Part shown: in pieces, positions 49,938 to 54,274 of the stretch | Position numbering within the stretch: the first letter of the stretch is position 1 | How the letters are laid out: the number at the start of each line of letters is the position of its first letter | Origin: Promethearchaeota archaeon | GTDB taxonomy: Archaea; Asgardarchaeota; Lokiarchaeia; Sigyniarchaeales; SOKP01 | Direction: 5' to 3' | Length of the DNA stretch: 54,274 bases | NCBI GenBank assembly: GCA_008080735.1 | Contig: SHMW01000002.1 | Coordinates: 1 to 54,274, forward strand | Notes under the pieces: generated by a model | The model's database searches: none | The model's input: only the letters and a program-made list of their open reading frames with translations | What the model was told of the DNA's origin: nothing | Program-made: the position numbers and the translations under genes

Positions 49938-52295
49938 TTAGAGTTTAATGCTCCTTGCAAGTACATTCTTAAACTTCTCAACATCATCTCCTAACTTCTG
50001 GGCATCTTCATCGGAAATACTTTCGTCCTTTTCATACTTATTCAATACCGTGAGCCAATATTCGATGCGACCTAAGATTGGGTTGTCATCACCTAAGATT
50101 TTACGTAGTCGAACGAAAGTATCATGAAGTTTATTGCGAATGTTCAATGCCTTCCATTTTAACATGCAGTAGTCGCTAATTTCGGCGAGATTCTGAGTAA
50201 TTGCCATCACATCAATAGTTTTCTCACGTTCATCTGCCCTGATTTTTCTAATAATGTTGATTTCTTCAAATAGGATTTCAATAACTTTTGCGAGAAATCC
50301 GGTCAATTGTCCAGGATTAGCACACCAAACTCGTACTTCTAATGATTGATTTGACTCGGAAACAAAAATTCGTGTGATAATTCGTCCTCCGGTTACTTTC
50401 GCTTCTGCACAGAACCATGCTTCGGCTTTATATCCTTTTTCTTTTTGCGCATCTTCATGAGAGGTAATCATACTTGTCTCAAAGTTTTTTAATGCGCGAA
50501 TAGCTGCTCGAAATGCCAAACGAGGGTCCAGATCCGCGATTAAGAATGCCCGCGCATCATTTGGAAGGGATGAAATTGCGGTTTGGCAATCTTCAATGGT
50601 GGAGAGAGAATTACATACAAGTGGACATTTAATTTGAACCTCCTTCTTTCTGACGGGAATAGAATTCTGTTCTCCCTTCGCATTTTTATAGATAACAGTT
50701 CCGCTAATATTCGAAATTCCGCATTCTTTTGGTTCAATGTAAAAATCAACCCCTCGAGAATTTCCGCTTTCAATTACAGGGATATTGATCATTGGTTCTT
50801 TTATTTGATAACTTGAGGGCGCATCCAAGACCACTTTTACATTATTGATCGCCATCCCACTATTATTTCGAACAACTACCTTGAAGCGAACTTGTCCTCC
50901 GACAAAATCATATTCTCGCACCACTTCAATATCATCTTCTTGTTTTGTCACTTGTTTATGTGCTTCTTTCGCTGGTGAATATTGACGTACAGAGGATACG
51001 CTATATGCTACAAATAACTTCTTAGCCATATCTATGTATCCGTCGATCTCCCCTTTGCCTATCAGTTGCGCTAAAATCTCTTCTATACTTGATTCTGTGA
51101 CTCCTATTCTGTTAGATAATTCTTTTAGCGGCATTGTCCGATAGGCTTTTGCAAGTTCCTTTATTCGTTTTTCAAGGTGTTGCTCCGTGATAAACTCTCG
51201 CCGCTGGGTAAAGATTCCTTTTACTTTACCGTTTTTTATTAAATCGTGGAGACTTCGTCTTGCTAACTCTACGGCAATTTTTAATTCATCGGCTAATTTT
51301 TTGAGTTCAAATTTTCCGTGTTTGTCCGCATAATTCTGTATTTCAGAATATATCTGTTTCGAAGTGATAATTTCGTTTCCTCTATCAGCAAAAAAAGCGG
51401 AAATCTCCTTAGTTCTCATTAAATTCACGCAAAATGATTTCATCAAATCTTTTGGAATATTAAACTCATCCGCTAATTCCTTTAGACCAATACGTCCCTC
51501 TTCATTTATCTCTTCGATAGTTGTGGAGGTGATATATTTTTGCGTATAATAAGTTTTTTTATCTAAAGAGAAGGAACCTTTTATTTGAAATTGGGAGATT
51601 AATTTGTAGATAACCTTCAATGCTATCTCAGAACTCATATCGAGCATCATAGCGATATCAGACACTTTAATTATTCCCTCATCATTAAATTTCGCTAACA
51701 AGTTTTCTTTTAATTCTTGGGGAATATAGTAGAACATTTTGTTCTTCTTATCAATGATTCCATAAATACGCTCCTCATCAAGATATTTTTCTACTAATTT
51801 TACCATCTGACTTTCTTGGATATTAAATGAGCTTGTAATTGTAGAGAAATTGGTAATTGAAGACCGTTTTAATAAATCTAAAAAGCATTTGGGACAGATT
51901 TCTTTACCCTCATAATGACTAAGCTTCTTTCCACATAGTTTGAAGCCATCTATTAAATCATATCGATTCGCCTCTCGAGCAAGCTTCTCCTTGGAGGCAA
52001 AGAACAAACCAGGAGTTTTGAGATATGAATTCCACGAACAATTTGTACACTGCAAATAGTATTGACCGGAACTTAGCTTGTCCAGTTGGAGTAATGAACT
52101 GCATTCAGGACATTTACTATCCTCTATCACGGTACATCTATAACTTGTTTCAGCTGCTTTTGCCTTGGAGTATTTGACGTTGTGCTTTTTACATTCCCAT
52201 TGCTCTGTGGTAGCCATATGATTAATACAAAAACTAGAACCACACTTTTCACACGTAAATTCGATATCCTCACTCTCGCAGAACAAACATTTCAT
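49938..52295 (-). CDS. Multidomain protein: AN1-like and other Zn fingers, tandem winged-helix (PCI/DDRGK/UFL1-like) repeats, Ig-like sandwich plus platform-like domain
   Basis: CxxC..CxxC..FCxxH N-terminus; about five repeats of LA..f.i...L...G.I.G..; VRFKVVVRN..INNVKV beta sandwich followed by an alpha/beta domain and helices. Confidence 0.7.
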   Translation of the reverse strand: MKCLFCESEDIEFTCEKCGSSFCINHMATTEQWECKKHNVKYSKAKAAETSYRCTVIEDSKCPECSSLLQLDKLSSGQYYLQCTNCSWNSYLKTPGLFFASKEKLAREANRYDLIDGFKLCGKKLSHYEGKEICPKCFLDLLKRSSITNFSTITSSFNIQESQMVKLVEKYLDEERIYGIIDKKNKMFYYIPQELKENLLAKFNDEGIIKVSDIAMMLDMSSEIALKVIYKLISQFQIKGSFSLDKKTYYTQKYITSTTIEEINEEGRIGLKELADEFNIPKDLMKSFCVNLMRTKEISAFFADRGNEIITSKQIYSEIQNYADKHGKFELKKLADELKIAVELARRSLHDLIKNGKVKGIFTQRREFITEQHLEKRIKELAKAYRTMPLKELSNRIGVTESSIEEILAQLIGKGEIDGYIDMAKKLFVAYSVSSVRQYSPAKEAHKQVTKQEDDIEVVREYDFVGGQVRFKVVVRNNSGMAINNVKVVLDAPSSYQIKEPMINIPVIESGNSRGVDFYIEPKECGISNISGTVIYKNAKGEQNSIPVRKKEVQIKCPLVCNSLSTIEDCQTAISSLPNDARAFLIADLDPRLAFRAAIRALKNFETSMITSHEDAQKEKGYKAEAWFCAEAKVTGGRIITRIFVSESNQSLEVRVWCANPGQLTGFLAKVIEILFEEINIIRKIRADEREKTIDVMAITQNLAEISDYCMLKWKALNIRNKLHDTFVRLRKILGDDNPILGRIEYWLTVLNKYEKDESISDEDAQKLGDDVEKFKNVLARSIKL

Positions 52296-52493
52296 ATTTT
52301 TATGTGATCCTCTTTCATTATAATTATTCTTATAATAGTTTCAATAATTAAATATTTTTAGATATAATTAATCTATAGTAGTCCAATATTTTAAACTCTA
52401 AATTGGGTTTTCTGTGAATATAATACATTCAATATCTCAAAAAAAAACAATACTACATAAAATTTGAATTTAACAATTATGAAATATATTTCA

Positions 52494-53228
52494 TTATAAA
52501 TTTGCAGAGATGGGCTCTGTTGGAAATACCACTATTTCTAATATACTTAACACCATCACAATGACATTAAAGACGATTATGATGAGTGTCATTGCATAGA
52601 GAATCCGATTCTTCCGATTTGACTTCTTCCTAAATATTTGAGAGCTTCCAAGTTTAGCTAAAGCCAAAGGAAATAATCCAACAAATGTACCTAATGAGAA
52701 AAGGAACACGATCATTAGAGCGATAAAAAATCCTTCACTGAAGGTAAACTGCACGCACTGGGTATAAATAATGAGCTCAAAGATACAAGGGGCAAATCCC
52801 GCAAGCACACCAAAGATAAATGGGGTTTTGGGTCTATCCCAATTCATTTGGGGAGGAATTTCATTCTCTGAAATATTGTGAGGCATATATTTTCCTTTTA
52901 GAATTACACCCAAGAGGATAATTGCAGCGATGATTGATGAGAGAGCACCAAAAAAATTAATCGTACTTGAGTCTGGAGATGGTAATCCAAAAAAGAAGGG
53001 TAAGATGGTCACGAATATCAATGCACCCGCGATAATTAAATTTGCCGCAATGAGCCCAAATCCATAAAGGGCGAGTATGTAAAAACTTCTTTTGGGAGTT
53101 TTTGAAATTCCGAGAGACCAAAAAAGGAAAATTGCTTTATCCTCACAAGGTAGAATTGTATGAAGAAATCCTAGAATAAATGCCATCAGAAAAACAACTA
53201 AATACGGTTCGAAAAAAGATTGGAACAT
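52494..53228 (-). CDS. Ni/Co transporter-like (NiCoT/UreH/RcnA-related) membrane protein
   Basis: LGFLHTILPCEDK and GFAPC motifs, six TM helices. Confidence 0.6.
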   Translation of the reverse strand: MFQSFFEPYLVVFLMAFILGFLHTILPCEDKAIFLFWSLGISKTPKRSFYILALYGFGLIAANLIIAGALIFVTILPFFFGLPSPDSSTINFFGALSSIIAAIILLGVILKGKYMPHNISENEIPPQMNWDRPKTPFIFGVLAGFAPCIFELIIYTQCVQFTFSEGFFIALMIVFLFSLGTFVGLFPLALAKLGSSQIFRKKSNRKNRILYAMTLIIIVFNVIVMVLSILEIVVFPTEPISANL

Positions 53229-53269
53229 TTTCTATCTAATTACGGTTTTGACTTTTTGGATATATTAAT

Positions 53270-54004
53270 TTATATACGTTTATTTTTATATTTAGATTTT
53301 TTTACAATCAAAGGATCAATTTTCTTCTCATAGAATGCTTTTCCGATCACAGCACCATGAACTCCAATTTGATGTAATTTTTCTAAATCTTCCTCGTTTC
53401 TTATTCCCCCTGCTGCTAGGATAGGTATATCAATCGAGTTCACCATCTTTTTTATGTTTATAAAGTCTGGCCCCGTGAACGCTCCGTCAGATTCTATTGC
53501 CGAAAATAATATAAATCCCGCTCCATATTCCCCAATTTTCTTACCAAAACTAAAAGGGTCTTTATTTGTCTGTTTGGTCCATCCATGGGTAGCTACGCGC
53601 CCGTTTTTATAATCTAAAGCGACAACCACGTGTTCTGAGCCTATTTTTTTTGAAAGAATTTTGATTTTTTCGGGGGTTTTAATGGCCATTGTGCCTAATA
53701 TCACGCGATCTACCCCCAAATCGACTAATTCTTCTGCCTCTTCTATGGTTCGGATCCCTCCTCCTACTTGAACTTTCATTCGGCGCTCTGTGTCTTGGAT
53801 CATTTCTCTTAATATTTGCTTATTTTTATTAGATCCCCATGCGCCATCTAAATCAATAAAATGTAATCTCTCGGCGCCTATCTCTTTCCAGTACTCTAAG
53901 GCATCCAGCGGATCTTCATAATATATGGTTTCTGTACCTTTTCTACCTTGGAATAACCGTACACACTTACCATCACTTATATCAATTGCGGGTATTATTT
54001 CCAT
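53270..54004 (-). CDS. hisA: ProFAR isomerase
   Basis: IIPAIDI..GKCVRL.QG, LH.IDLDGA, QVGGGIR, AAGGIR, IGKA.YE. Confidence 0.96.
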   Translation of the reverse strand: MEIIPAIDISDGKCVRLFQGRKGTETIYYEDPLDALEYWKEIGAERLHFIDLDGAWGSNKNKQILREMIQDTERRMKVQVGGGIRTIEEAEELVDLGVDRVILGTMAIKTPEKIKILSKKIGSEHVVVALDYKNGRVATHGWTKQTNKDPFSFGKKIGEYGAGFILFSAIESDGAFTGPDFINIKKMVNSIDIPILAAGGIRNEEDLEKLHQIGVHGAVIGKAFYEKKIDPLIVKKSKYKNKRI

Positions 54005-54274
54005 GTTATTATTTTCCGCGCTCTTGAATAGTAATTGACATCATAAAAAATTCAAAAAAACCGATCTTTTGGGTTTAAAACCTATATATCTGGTTTTATA
54101 ATGACTCAATATAATGTTAACTTTTAAAAAGTTATCTTATTGAATGTAATTCTTTTAATTTTATTAAAATTTAGGTTTATTAAAAACTAGCGAAATTTTT
54201 AATAAGAATTAGAAAAATCTGTGAAGGATTTTCCCAGTTTGCATTACTCTTCTTTATTAAAAACTTCTTTTGTT

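Noticed and set aside
1-54274. CRISPR arrays, transposases/integrases, rRNA, archaellum (arl/fla) and cheF genes
   Set aside because: No regularly spaced repeats or corresponding motifs seen; absence applies only to this window

Overview
AT-rich archaeal chromosomal segment, most consistent with an Asgard (Lokiarchaeia/Promethearchaeota-type) genome. Supporting signs are roadblock, longin and gelsolin domains, a Rab-like GTPase, an EF-2 paralog without the diphthamide loop, aCPSF1 and BHB-type tRNA introns. The main feature is a chemotaxis system (MCP, CheW, CheY, CheA, a CheW-CheC-CheC fusion, CheB and a CheR-coiled-coil-CheD fusion), with no archaellum or cheF genes in the window. Its co-oriented gene run is interleaved with eukaryotic-signature-type genes: a longin protein, a 1056-aa coiled-coil/Ig-like protein with an adaptin-mu-like N-terminal segment, a gelsolin-domain protein and a roadblock-Rab-like GTPase fusion. 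My inference is that Che signalling here outputs to actin or membrane remodelling. The window also holds a complete but rearranged A/V-type ATPase operon, two tRNAs with introns at non-canonical positions (Gly-CCC 59/60; Gln-CTG 16/17) and at least two candidate structured ncRNAs. Other notable genes are an ITPK1-like ATP-grasp enzyme, an LCIB-type carbonic anhydrase, a Zn-finger/winged-helix/appendage-domain protein and housekeeping genes (purN, hisA, pncA, uppP). All family assignments are by eye from motifs; no database searches were run.
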